Below, piece after piece: positions 29,479 through 39,105 of a DNA stretch of 64,000 nucleotides. The notes under the pieces were generated by a model. The model saw only the letters and a program-made list of their open reading frames with translations, searched no databases and had not been told where the DNA came from. Made by a program: the position numbers and the translations under genes. This DNA comes from an uncultured virus (IMG/VR IMGVR_UViG_3300003860_000003) (lineage: Duplodnaviria > Heunggongvirae > Uroviricota > Caudoviricetes): positions 1-64,000 of IMG/VR virus record IMGVR_UViG_3300003860_000003; one strand, given 5' to 3'. Within the stretch, counting starts at the first letter, position 1. Every line of letters starts with the position of its first letter.

Positions 29479-30401
29479 TTGTTTATGATTTTATCAATGT
29501 ATTCAAATTTTCTATATTGGTCTTTATAATTTTTACCAACGCCTGCGATTGCGTATCTCATTTCTAATATAACCTTTGGAGCACCAAGACCTTCCGTTTG
29601 CATATAACTATAAGATTCTTTAAAAAATAGTTTTATGCCAGGCTGATTTGTATTATTTCTTCTTCCTATGTATACATTAGTATCTTGATATAACATATAA
29701 GGATCTACATAAATAGTCACGCCTGCAATAGTTCCAATTGGATAAATACTGCCATTTGTAGATACAGGTTTATTTAAAGTAGCATATACAAAATTAGATG
29801 AACTCTGTAAAAGCATAGCAGTTTTTAAACTACATATAACAAAATTTCCACTTCCCCATCTACTATTTGCTGCAATATTATTGGCTTCTTTTAAAATTCT
29901 ATAATTTAACTCTTTAGAAGTTTGAATTTTTATTTTTTTTCTATATTGTTTTTTAACAAGTTTATATGCCCATACTTTAAACTTATCCCAACGGGTATAT
30001 TCTTTAATATAATTTTCTGTAGCAGCTTCTCCAATTTTTGATATATAATGTTTTGTTAATTGTTGAGAAGCTTCATTTATCAATGCTTTTTTAACAACTT
30101 CGTTTAAGTCTAAATTAAATTTATCTTTAAATTCTTTAGCTTGTTCTGAAGTTATATGCGTGCCTACTCTAGAAGTGCTAACTTGTATTGTTTGTTTTTG
30201 TTTTTCTAGAGAAATGGTGTCAGACTCTTTATTATAATTAAATTCCAAATATGGAACTTCAAACACCGGATTATCTACAATCTGTATTTCTCCTAATGGA
30301 TAAATGTTACTTTTTTCAATTATAATATCATTTAGAGTTTCTTTTTCTTCTACTGCTATTTTAGCAGGTTCTTCTACTTTTACTTTTTTAGGTCGTGCCA
30401 T
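29475..30401 (-). CDS. truncated major capsid protein paralog (gp23/gp24-like)
   Basis: RWGSGNFVICSLKTA, NGSIYPIGTIAGVTIYVDPYMLY.DT, TEGLGAPKVIL..RYA closely match the C-terminal half of 2630-4402. Confidence 0.88.
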   Translation of the reverse strand: MARPKKVKVEEPAKIAVEEKETLNDIIIEKSNIYPLGEIQIVDNPVFEVPYLEFNYNKESDTISLEKQKQTIQVSTSRVGTHITSEQAKEFKDKFNLDLNEVVKKALINEASQQLTKHYISKIGEAATENYIKEYTRWDKFKVWAYKLVKKQYRKKIKIQTSKELNYRILKEANNIAANSRWGSGNFVICSLKTAMLLQSSSNFVYATLNKPVSTNGSIYPIGTIAGVTIYVDPYMLYQDTNVYIGRRNNTNQPGIKLFFKESYSYMQTEGLGAPKVILEMRYAIAGVGKNYKDQYRKFEYIDKIINK

Positions 30402-30402
30402 T

Positions 30403-31647
30403 TTAAAATAAGGGTTTAGTTTTTATTTGTTTTGCTTTTTCTAATCCTGAAATACCATCTATAAGATTTTGAAATATAAATTCACTATCACAATGATTTC
30501 GTGTAACTTCAAAACTACAATCTAAATATTGTTTATGAAGTTTCTTATCAGAATATATATTGTTAATTTTTTCTACTATTTCCTTTACATTTGTTAAATC
30601 TTTTTTAACAAAAAGTCCATAAGTATCAAGTTCTACAAATCTTTTATCAGTTTTCTTACCATTTTCATATATGTAACAATTTTCTGCCCAATGATAATCA
30701 AACATAGGAACTGTTCCTACTCCAATTATTTCACATTGAGCATATTCAAAATTATCTCCATATGCATCTGCATTAAGATGATAAAAATCTGCGCCTACTA
30801 ATGATTTGCTTAATGTTTCCATTCCATCTACATAATCATAAGGACCATATATATAAACATGTTCATAACTTCTATCAGCATCTAAAGCTGACATTCCAGT
30901 TTTAAAGAAATTTTTATCAACCTGAATGATATCATGTTTGGGAATTTTATTTTCGATATCATCATAAAAGATATTCAAAGCGCCAAGTGATCTTTCAACA
31001 CCTTTCATTTCAAGTAATATATCATTATCTTTAGCATAAGGAAGAAAAGCAAATAATCTGTCAGGTTGTTTAAATGTAGCATATCTACCAAGATATGTAA
31101 TTTTTTTAACATGATCTTCTTTACGATATTTTGCTAACTGAGAGAAATTAAATCCTACTTGAAGTTGAATAAATTTAGATCTAACAGCGCCTCCATATAC
31201 ATCTACAAGTTTATTATAGAAAGGAGATGTAATACTATGAGATACTATACCATCACAAAGACCACACATCTCAATAAAATTAGCATTTCTATGAATAGAA
31301 GCTATTTTATGATCATTTTGAAATATAATCTTTTTGGTTTTTATACCCTTGACCATTTTAAGAAATCCATCAATAGCCCATTCTGAATGTTTAATACTTG
31401 GAACACTATTGATAAACACATAATCAAATTTATTCAATACATCTGAAAAATTATCAATGTTATCTTTTGTAATCATAGATGGTTTTTGAGGAAATGTTTG
31501 AAATCCTCCACGTCCCCATTTTTTATCATCCATGATATAGATAATATGTTCAATTTGTTTTTTAGATAAAAATGTCGATAATTCAATAACATATCGTTGA
31601 ATTCCGGCGCCTTCTGCGCCTCTTCCCATTACTAAAGCTATTTTCAT
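30403..31647 (-). CDS. agt: DNA alpha-glucosyltransferase (T4 Agt-like)
   Basis: MGRGAEGAG, INSVP, QNDH...RN, SHS, GRYATFK, GVERS, EYAQCE..GTVPMF parallel T4 Agt motifs. Confidence 0.85.
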   Translation of the reverse strand: MKIALVMGRGAEGAGIQRYVIELSTFLSKKQIEHIIYIMDDKKWGRGGFQTFPQKPSMITKDNIDNFSDVLNKFDYVFINSVPSIKHSEWAIDGFLKMVKGIKTKKIIFQNDHKIASIHRNANFIEMCGLCDGIVSHSITSPFYNKLVDVYGGAVRSKFIQLQVGFNFSQLAKYRKEDHVKKITYLGRYATFKQPDRLFAFLPYAKDNDILLEMKGVERSLGALNIFYDDIENKIPKHDIIQVDKNFFKTGMSALDADRSYEHVYIYGPYDYVDGMETLSKSLVGADFYHLNADAYGDNFEYAQCEIIGVGTVPMFDYHWAENCYIYENGKKTDKRFVELDTYGLFVKKDLTNVKEIVEKINNIYSDKKLHKQYLDCSFEVTRNHCDSEFIFQNLIDGISGLEKAKQIKTKPLF

Positions 31648-31871
31648 ACGTCTCTAAATATTCTGTTCAATTCTGTTAAAATTTCATCTCTACCATATAC
31701 ACTATATTGTGTTTCATCTAATTTTTTTACCAATAATTTTGGTTTCATTGGATCTTTTGCAAGAACTTCTTGTATAATTGCAATAGATTTAATTCCTACT
31801 GATTTAAGAGTTTCATCATCTATTTTTTCAGCAAAATCTTTAAGATAATCGATATATTCTTGTGCATTCAT
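31644..31871 (-). CDS. hypothetical protein
   Basis: ATGA-coupled in-operon ORF. Confidence 0.65.
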   Translation of the reverse strand: MNAQEYIDYLKDFAEKIDDETLKSVGIKSIAIIQEVLAKDPMKPKLLVKKLDETQYSVYGRDEILTELNRIFRDV

Positions 31872-32002
31872 TTTTCTCTTTTATTAAGATATTTTTTATA
31901 TTTTGTTTTTCCACATTTAGAACATTTCCATTCACTTTTTTTGTCTTCGTAGATATTTCTTACGAAGACTAATTCATGTTTTGGACATTTGTTTTCGTTC
32001 AT
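31868..32002 (-). CDS. 44-aa putative zinc-binding protein (not in ORF track)
   Basis: MNENKCPKHELVFVRNIYEDKKSEWKCSKCGKTKYKKYLNKREK; start and stop overlap both neighbours. Confidence 0.6.
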   Translation of the reverse strand: MNENKCPKHELVFVRNIYEDKKSEWKCSKCGKTKYKKYLNKREK

Positions 32003-32808
32003 TAGAATAAAGATTTAGGTTTTGCACTTTTTTCGTAGCTATATTCACTTGTTATATCATTAACATTCATTTTAGTTTTACGATCATAGCCTCCCATGTT
32101 ACTAAAATTTTCATCCGGAGAATATAAAGTTTTTGTATGATTTAATGATTTCTTTTTACCATCAATTTCTGATGTTCCTTCTATTTGATATGTACAAAAT
32201 GGAATTACTGCATATGCTTTAATTTCCTGTTTTTGAACACCTTCAACTAATAATGAATCGCATGTATCTTCGCATTCCATCATTTTTTTAATAACTGGTG
32301 TATATCCTTTACGCGTGACTATAAAGGAATGAGTTGCGTAAAGACTCATTTTCTGAGCATCCCATACATGTTCAGATATTTTATATTTCTTACTTAAATG
32401 ATCGCTTGTCACAATAGCTCCAATATAAATTAAATCTGCATCGTCTGGAACTTCTTCAATCAATTTTAATCTATCTGCAAAATCAGGAGATAATATGACA
32501 TCATCTTCAAGTAAAAGTATTCCTTTAAGATTCATCATCTGAGCATGTTTCATTGCTGCTATATGAGATAACCCACAACATAACATACCCGGAAGATATT
32601 TAGGTCTACTGGGATTAAAATTAGAAAATGCTTTAAGAGGAGCACGTGTCATTGTTTTCATTGACGGATTTGCTATTTGCTGTCCATCAAATGCGGGAAA
32701 GATACGATAGGGAAGATTAAAATTTTTAAGTTGAGATTCAACCATGTCAATTCTGTTTTGACACCTCTCAAGACCAATTATGATAATTTCGTCAAAGTGT
32801 TTGCTCAT
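32002..32808 (-). CDS. glycosyltransferase family 25 (first gene of the cluster)
   Basis: IGLERCQNR, AFDG, CCGLSH, LLEDD; ends KPKSLF. Confidence 0.85.
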   Translation of the reverse strand: MSKHFDEIIIIGLERCQNRIDMVESQLKNFNLPYRIFPAFDGQQIANPSMKTMTRAPLKAFSNFNPSRPKYLPGMLCCGLSHIAAMKHAQMMNLKGILLLEDDVILSPDFADRLKLIEEVPDDADLIYIGAIVTSDHLSKKYKISEHVWDAQKMSLYATHSFIVTRKGYTPVIKKMMECEDTCDSLLVEGVQKQEIKAYAVIPFCTYQIEGTSEIDGKKKSLNHTKTLYSPDENFSNMGGYDRKTKMNVNDITSEYSYEKSAKPKSLF

Positions 32809-32842
32809 AAAATTTTATTGTAAATATAAACAAATATTTTAT

Positions 32843-32877
32843 ATTATACGCTGATATCTTGTTAAAGTTTTGTTAAA
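32843..32877 (-). promoter_or_regulatory. putative promoter of the glycan operon
   Basis: minus strand TTTAACA-AAAC-TTTAACA-N11-TATAAT upstream of 32808. Confidence 0.45.
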
Positions 32878-32878
32878 T

Positions 32879-32908
32879 AACAAAGGGAACCGAAGTTCCC
32901 TTTGTTTT
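32879..32908 (-). terminator. intrinsic terminator with C(UUCG)G tetraloop
   Basis: minus strand AACAAAGGGAAC-TTCG-GTTCCCTTTGTT downstream of 32924-34231. Confidence 0.88.
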
Positions 32909-32923
32909 AAATTTTATATTTTA

Positions 32924-34231
32924 TTAATCTTCATCTGATAAACGTAATGGACGTCTCATTGTATCTCTTCCAATTATTTTTCCTAATTCTTCTTCATGTG
33001 TATCGTCATCATCTTCTTCATCATCTTCATCTTCAGGATATTCTTCTTCATCTTCTTCTTCACCAAGATCCTCAAGATCTTCATCATCTAATTCATCTTC
33101 ATCTTCTATGTCAATATCATCTTCGTCTTCATCATCTTTATCAAGTTCTGATAAAATATCTTCATCTGTAGCAACTGTTCCAGCTGCATCAAATGCACTT
33201 GATCCTCCATCAAATAAATCAGCTAATTGTTCAGAAGCTAATTCTAAGAAATCATCTACTACATCTTCTTCAATTTCATATTCAGATATAAGATAATCTC
33301 TTACTTCATCAAGCCAAGACTGCATTTCATCATCTTCTGGCATATCTTCTTCAAGAGCTTCACCTAAGAATTTTTGAACTTTAGTTTGTTTTTCAGCTTG
33401 AACTTTTTTCTTCTCTGTTTTTTCAGCTTCAGCTTTTTCTTGTTCTTTTTGTTTCTTATATTGTAATATAGCATTTTTCATTGATCCTTTAAAAGTGTCA
33501 TTATAGAATGCTTGAAATCCTTGAACTACATTATTAGAACCACATCTAAAAATTTCTTCTTTATCATCACCTGACATGTCATATACTACTAAATATGTTT
33601 GGGGCGCTGTAAGATCTGGCGAAGGTTCTTCAACTGGTGCTTGATCCATTGGAGGTTCTTCTACTGGAGATTGATCAGTTAATCCTGAATTTCCCGATTG
33701 ATCAGGAGCAGGCTCTTCTAATTCTTGTGTATTAGGATCTGCTGGAACTTCATTTGGAGCAGGACTAGTATTAGGTTCTGTTATGGGTTCATCTGTTAAA
33801 CCAAGATCAAGACCTAAATCGTCTTCTTCTTTTGTAGCTTCCATTAATTCTTTGCCTTCAATAATCTCTTCTACTGGTTCATCTGTTGCTCCTAATCCAC
33901 CTTCTATACTACCATCAGATAATGTTTCTACTGGTAATTCAAGAACACCTACAACGTAATTACCATCATACATTTTATAGACATCTCCATTAGAAAATGC
34001 CTTTTTAGTTTGCTGATTTTCTTCCCAGAATTCTTTATACTTAAGAATTTCACCTTTAGCATCTTTTTTAAAGTCATCAAAATTCTTTATGACCTTATCT
34101 ATAATAGCTAAACCATCTTTTTCTTTAGATTGTAGATTTTGCTTATCAGTACCAGGTTCTTCTTTTTCTTCTAAAAGTTTGAAGAATTTATAATCATTAA
34201 ATTCTTTTAAAGATTCATATACATGTTTCAT
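32924..34231 (-). CDS. highly acidic protein, probable internal head/core protein
   Basis: MKHVYESLKEF leader, Pro-rich linker, D/E-rich tail, own late-type promoter. Confidence 0.65.
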   Translation of the reverse strand: MKHVYESLKEFNDYKFFKLLEEKEEPGTDKQNLQSKEKDGLAIIDKVIKNFDDFKKDAKGEILKYKEFWEENQQTKKAFSNGDVYKMYDGNYVVGVLELPVETLSDGSIEGGLGATDEPVEEIIEGKELMEATKEEDDLGLDLGLTDEPITEPNTSPAPNEVPADPNTQELEEPAPDQSGNSGLTDQSPVEEPPMDQAPVEEPSPDLTAPQTYLVVYDMSGDDKEEIFRCGSNNVVQGFQAFYNDTFKGSMKNAILQYKKQKEQEKAEAEKTEKKKVQAEKQTKVQKFLGEALEEDMPEDDEMQSWLDEVRDYLISEYEIEEDVVDDFLELASEQLADLFDGGSSAFDAAGTVATDEDILSELDKDDEDEDDIDIEDEDELDDEDLEDLGEEEDEEEYPEDEDDEEDDDDTHEEELGKIIGRDTMRRPLRLSDED

Positions 34232-34247
34232 AGTAGTAATATTTTAT

Positions 34248-34287
34248 TTTATATATTCAAAGCTTTTTGTACTAGAATATATATAAA
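34248..34287. promoter_or_regulatory. divergent pair of late-type promoters
   Basis: GAATATATAAA on minus (34248-34258) and GAATATATATAAA on plus (34275-34287). Confidence 0.65.
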
Positions 34288-34305
34288 AATAAAAGTAAGA
34301 AGATT

Positions 34306-35295
34306 ATGAAATATAGTGAATACTTACAACTTTCTGAAGTTGTTGATATAAATGGAAATAGTTTATTTAAAGAATTGGGTTTAAATGAAGCCAATGAAAC
34401 AATTGCAGGAAAACCTGAAGATGTCGAAACAGAAAAAGGAAACCTTTTTACAAAATGGGGTAGAATTAAAAGAACTTTAAATAAAACTGCAAAAAGAACT
34501 CAAGACCAAGTAACAGAAAAAATAATAAATAAATATCTTCCTAATGTATTAAAATTAGAAAGAAGTGTAACTACTGCTTTAGCAGAAGCTATTAAAGAAA
34601 ATAAAAAAGGCGAAGAATTAAAGAAAATTTTAAATAATAAAATTAAAACGACATCGAATTTACAAAAAAGACAATTAGATGCTATTTATGGCGCAGTAGA
34701 TAAATTTTTATCTAATGCAGATGCTGCTTTTGATAAAAAAATTAGTAATGCAGAAACATCATCAACTATAACAGGAATATTAGATGCAACAGCTGCATTT
34801 TTTAAAGGTGGAAAAGATGCTGCTGCTCTTAAATTAAAAAATTATTGGCAATTATTACATACACAAATTCAAATGAATGCATATTCATACATTTCAAAAA
34901 CTATTGAAGCTGATGCAAGAAAAGTATTGACTAATGAAGAAGCCTACAAACTTTATGATGAAAGTTCTTATGCTAATAGATACAACGATGAGAAAATTCA
35001 AGAAACTACTACACAAACAGAAGAACAAAAGGCTAAAATACAAAAAGATCAAGAAGAAGCACAAACAGAAAAACAAACTCCTAAACTTGAAGTTGGAAAA
35101 AAATATAAAATTAATATTAAAGGCATAGGAGAAAAAGAAGTAGTAATAGTTAGTGTTGATGATAAATTAATAACATATAAGATAGTTGGAGAAAAAGAAA
35201 ACAATCAATGCGATATTAAATATGCTAAATCATTTGAAGGGCCTCTCACAGATGAAACTAAAGTAGAAGGTGAACAAACAGGTAAATTAGCATAA
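34306..35295 (+). CDS. hypothetical helical protein, possible virion internal protein
   Basis: MKYSEYLQLSE...LNE leader. Confidence 0.7.
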   Translation: MKYSEYLQLSEVVDINGNSLFKELGLNEANETIAGKPEDVETEKGNLFTKWGRIKRTLNKTAKRTQDQVTEKIINKYLPNVLKLERSVTTALAEAIKENKKGEELKKILNNKIKTTSNLQKRQLDAIYGAVDKFLSNADAAFDKKISNAETSSTITGILDATAAFFKGGKDAAALKLKNYWQLLHTQIQMNAYSYISKTIEADARKVLTNEEAYKLYDESSYANRYNDEKIQETTTQTEEQKAKIQKDQEEAQTEKQTPKLEVGKKYKINIKGIGEKEVVIVSVDDKLITYKIVGEKENNQCDIKYAKSFEGPLTDETKVEGEQTGKLA

Positions 35296-35311
35296 TAAAA
35301 TAATTTTAATA

Positions 35312-35923
35312 ATGAGTTTAAAGAGTACAGTAGAATTTTATAAACAATCAAAATATTTATATAAAAGTATTTCTGATGTATTTGATCAATTTGAATCAAA
35401 TCAAGTTTCTGAAATTCAAAAAGATACTATTATAAGCAGAACATTAGACGATATTGATCGTTTAAATAGTTTGTTAAATAAAATTAACATTCGTGAATTA
35501 GAAGGAAATTATCCTAAGTCTGAAATTGATAAAGTTGAACATAATATTGATTTTTATTACGAAGCTGCTGATTATATTGAAAAATACTTATTAGCAAAAA
35601 AATACTATGAATCTTTATTGAATGGAGTAAGAACATACATTAGAAAAATGGCTCTTCCTGAATATGAATATAAAAGATATGCAGGTACGGAAAATGAATT
35701 AAGTAAAAAGTTTACAGCAATGTTGCTTCATCCTAATCATATTTCTCAATTTATAAATCAAATTAAACGCATGGCAGTAGGAACAATGAGTTTTAATGAA
35801 TTCAAAAAAATCTTTGTAACAAATAAAGGAAAGATGCCAAAATATAAATCACAAACATTTCAATCATTTTCAGATTATAAAGATGATACTAATAAATCAA
35901 AGCCAATACAATATAAGCCATAA
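35312..35923 (+). CDS. hypothetical protein
   Basis: long ORF with genome-typical codon usage. Confidence 0.7.
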   Translation: MSLKSTVEFYKQSKYLYKSISDVFDQFESNQVSEIQKDTIISRTLDDIDRLNSLLNKINIRELEGNYPKSEIDKVEHNIDFYYEAADYIEKYLLAKKYYESLLNGVRTYIRKMALPEYEYKRYAGTENELSKKFTAMLLHPNHISQFINQIKRMAVGTMSFNEFKKIFVTNKGKMPKYKSQTFQSFSDYKDDTNKSKPIQYKP

Positions 35924-35940
35924 TTCATATAAAAATAGAT

Positions 35941-36666
35941 ATGAACAATTTTATCTCTTACGATTTATATAAAAAATATTCTGTTTTAAATGAAACATAT
36001 GATAGTTATATTGACTTAAAAAAATTAGCGCAAATAATTTTACGTAAAACTGAAAATAAAGAAATTAAATCAAATGAAACATATTTTATAAAAGATTTAG
36101 TAGACATAGAAAAAAGTGATACGTATAAAATGATACAAGATGTAGCAATTAGATTATATTTTCCTAATTTTGAATTTTCTGGTAGCTTTTTACCGCCCAC
36201 TGCTTTTAATAGAACTAATGCTCAATTAAAAAAATATGGACTTTTAAATGAATTACAATTTTCAAAGGGCTTAATAATAATTCATGGAAATAAATATGAA
36301 AGAATACTACATGAATTAAGTCATGCATATAATTGGTATCGTAGTAAAGGAAAAAATTCTAATATGCCCTTAAAAAAATCGTATCAAGCGCCTGGACTTT
36401 CAGGAGATCAGTTTAATCGTCGTTATTATAATAGTACTGAAGAAATACATTCTTTTTTCTTAGAAACCATTAGTAAATTAGATTTTTTTGATGAAAATGG
36501 GCATATTAAAAACATCAATAATCTATATAATGAATTTAAAAAGATATTCGGTGTACATTATGAACTATGGAATACTTTTTTAACTCCTAAAGTTAAAAAA
36601 ATATTAGCTCATAAATTTGCTCAATATTATCATAAGTTGAAAGAAAGAAATATATCAGATGAATAA
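35941..36666 (+). CDS. putative zinc metallopeptidase-like protein
   Basis: LHELSH (HExxH) with downstream YY...EE; N-terminal ...VLNE leader. Confidence 0.6.
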   Translation: MNNFISYDLYKKYSVLNETYDSYIDLKKLAQIILRKTENKEIKSNETYFIKDLVDIEKSDTYKMIQDVAIRLYFPNFEFSGSFLPPTAFNRTNAQLKKYGLLNELQFSKGLIIIHGNKYERILHELSHAYNWYRSKGKNSNMPLKKSYQAPGLSGDQFNRRYYNSTEEIHSFFLETISKLDFFDENGHIKNINNLYNEFKKIFGVHYELWNTFLTPKVKKILAHKFAQYYHKLKERNISDE

Positions 36667-36687
36667 ATATAAAAAATTAATTCAATC

Positions 36688-37392
36688 ATGAAATATAAAA
36701 TTAAAACATTTGATCAATTTGCTAAACTAGATGAAGAATTTTACAATCCGTTTGAAAAAACAGATATCGTAGTAAAACCTTCACATATTGCTGATAAAGG
36801 GGGTTTCTTGACAGCGCGTAAAGAAGTGTTCAATGTTAATCGTGTAGAATATTCTAAGAAAAAGAATGGAGGATATCTTGTGTTAGCTAAAACACAATAT
36901 GCTAAAGGAGAAATAGTTGAAATTGCGCCTATTATTTTTGTGGGTCTTGAAGCAAAAGCAGTTCCAAGATTAAAAGATTATATTTTTGAAATCGATAAAA
37001 ATAAAATGCAATACGGTATTGTGCTTGGATATGGCAGTTTATATGGGCATTCACCTCAACCAAATATCACATTTGCTTATAATAAAGATAATCGTCAAAT
37101 GTATTTTATCGCAGCAAGAACTATAAAAGCTGGAGAACAACTTACAATTGATTATGGAAAAGATTATTGGGAAGAACGTTCAGGATTTGGAACAATGGCT
37201 CCAGAAGAACTTAATAAAGTTACAGATGGTAAAGCAGTAGCAGCCAAAGGAGAAGTTGAAGAGAGTATAGGTCTTCAGCAAAATGCTGCCGATATAACTG
37301 ATGCGAATAGGGTAAAACAATTTTCGCAACCTAATGATAGATCCAACCCTGCAATTAGCGGAATTGCTATAAAGGGTCCGGGCCAGTCTTAA
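36688..37392 (+). CDS. SET-domain protein (putative lysine methyltransferase)
   Basis: GYGSLYGHSPQPN, ARTIKAGEQLTIDYG.DYW. Confidence 0.88.
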   Translation: MKYKIKTFDQFAKLDEEFYNPFEKTDIVVKPSHIADKGGFLTARKEVFNVNRVEYSKKKNGGYLVLAKTQYAKGEIVEIAPIIFVGLEAKAVPRLKDYIFEIDKNKMQYGIVLGYGSLYGHSPQPNITFAYNKDNRQMYFIAARTIKAGEQLTIDYGKDYWEERSGFGTMAPEELNKVTDGKAVAAKGEVEESIGLQQNAADITDANRVKQFSQPNDRSNPAISGIAIKGPGQS

Positions 37393-38069
37393 TTTAATAA
37401 ATTTTTATTTTTAAGAGTTTTAGAAATTTTAAGTGAACATTTTAAAACCCGTTCATCAATTTCTTTTGTTAATCCTTTATTCCATGTAGTTTTTCCTATA
37501 TGAGATTGCCTATTTTTTTCATTTGATTCTAATGAATTTTTTACTCCTATTGCAGCTATTGACATTTTATTAATAGTATCATTTGAAAAACACCCGGGTT
37601 TTCCTTTATTCCAAGGAATGTTTCCTTTTAAACGTTTAGAAATGTTTTCGCCAAATTCTTTTTTCATTTTTTTTCCTTTGTTTTTACCTAACATTGATTT
37701 TCTTCTTTTTTCTTTTGTTTCTAACGATTGTTTTTTATTAATATGTGCGATAGTATTTAATTCTATTGCGTAAGCATAATCTCGAGCTGATAAAAATTTG
37801 TCATATTTTTTATTAAATGACATATAGAAAAAAGCACCGTATATTTTTGCGTTTTCTTTATAAATATATGTAAGTAATTTATGACAGACATAATGTTCCT
37901 TTGCTGTTAATAAAACCAAATTATCTTTATCATTATTTCCACCTAAGCATTTGGGCAAAATATGATGATTTTCATAATAAATATAATTTTCATTATTTCT
38001 ATTAAGTTTAATTCTATTTTCAGATTTTGCTCTCTGAATTATAGATTCATAGACTTTTTGATGATTCAT
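37389..38069 (-). mobile_element. free-standing HNH endonuclease with NUMOD3-like tail
   Basis: YENHHILPKCLGG.N...NLVLLTAKEHY.CH; PWNKG repeats; paralog of 51271. Confidence 0.9.
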
Positions 38070-38186
38070 GATTTCCAAACTTTATTTTAGACTAATATAT
38101 AATTAAAGGGGGACAGTTGGTTATCCAAACTACCAATTGGCTTGTCAGAGCCTCACCTCTTTTATTATATATTAATGTAGAGTTTT

Positions 38187-38199
38187 GAATATATAAATA
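38187..38199 (+). promoter_or_regulatory. putative late promoter
   Basis: GAATATATAAATA. Confidence 0.65.
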
Positions 38200-38212
38200 A
38201 AATAAATTAAAT

Positions 38213-38545
38213 TTGAAAGCGCAATATGTATTTGAAAAATTTGTAGAAGAATCTGATCCCATTTATGATATGGGTATTGGAATAACTCACACCAAGAAAA
38301 ATTTTCCTGATGATGTACGAATGTTTCAATATATAATAAAAATATTACCTCAAATTTTAAAAACTCCTACAATACCTAACGATATAATTAAATCTAATAC
38401 TTATTATATAAATGAAAAATATCATCATGATATACAAATGTTTATTAATGAATATTGTAAAATAAAAGGAGAAAACCCCTGGTTTGATTCTGAGATGTTA
38501 CAAAAAATGTTACAACGAAGAGGATTTAGAATTAGACAAACATAA
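38213..38545 (+). CDS. EKF..DPI.DMGIG-cassette protein
   Basis: TTG start; cassette at 38234-38281; body resembles the N-half of 41450. Confidence 0.75.
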   Translation: MKAQYVFEKFVEESDPIYDMGIGITHTKKNFPDDVRMFQYIIKILPQILKTPTIPNDIIKSNTYYINEKYHHDIQMFINEYCKIKGENPWFDSEMLQKMLQRRGFRIRQT

Positions 38546-38568
38546 ATATATAATAAAAAAATTAGTTT

Positions 38569-38913
38569 ATGGATTTAAACTTAATTAAAAGTATATCAAT
38601 CTCTTTGATGAAAAGAGATACTGATATAGAAGAAGGCAAAGCAGAATACCTTAAAAAAATATCTGCTAAATTTGAAATTCCTGAAAACTATATACTAAAC
38701 GAAGCATTGACTGAACAAATTGTCACGAGTATTTTCGATGATCTTTTAACCAGTGCACCAGATGAAGTAGATTCTATAGGTCTTTGGATAGAATATGGTT
38801 CTATTACTTTAGAGAACGCGATATCTCTACGGACCTTAGATGACATTTCGATGCATTCTAAACAAAATGTTAATCCCATTTTCGAGTTTTTTAAAATGAC
38901 CTTACCAGAATAA
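38569..38913 (+). CDS. hypothetical protein
   Basis: ORF preceded by AAATATATAATA motif. Confidence 0.65.
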   Translation: MDLNLIKSISISLMKRDTDIEEGKAEYLKKISAKFEIPENYILNEALTEQIVTSIFDDLLTSAPDEVDSIGLWIEYGSITLENAISLRTLDDISMHSKQNVNPIFEFFKMTLPE

Positions 38914-38951
38914 GATGGTTAGCTGGGCCCTAAATTTAACCATAATCCGGA

Positions 38952-39023
38952 TGGCGTGTAGTTTAATGTCAGAACAACGAAAATCATCTTCGTAGGTACA
39001 GGGTGGGATCCAGGTTCACGCCA
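38952..39023 (+). ncRNA. degenerate tRNA-like element
   Basis: 7-bp acceptor TGGCGTG/CACGCCA, T8A9, D stem GTTT/GAAC, anticodon stem ACGAA/TTCGT with 7-nt loop AATCATC; T arm broken. Confidence 0.5.
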
Positions 39024-39105
39024 TCTTTTTATCCCAAAAATTTTGATATATAGAACAAAACTAAACTAAAAATACGAATATAAAAGTAAAATTTTTTACT
39101 ACAAA

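Noticed and set aside
4935..32808. Bacterial O-antigen or capsule locus (host contamination)
   Set aside because: No export or polymerase genes; it contains agt, a capsid paralog, an HNH gene and phage hypotheticals, with the same composition as the flanks
32940..33170. TCTTCA-type simple repeats
   Set aside because: They just encode the Asp/Glu-rich tail of 32924-34231
38099..38119. IIKGGQ as an orphaned SET-gene tail (compare IAIKGPGQS), a possible fourth repair case
   Set aside because: The match is only a few residues, needs a gap, and lies inside the HNH leader hairpin; too weak
38952..39023. Functional UGA-suppressor or selenocysteine tRNA implying recoding
   Set aside because: It lacks U33, a purine at 37, the TTC loop and the long Sec arm; TGA and TAG serve as normal stops and genes are intact in the standard code
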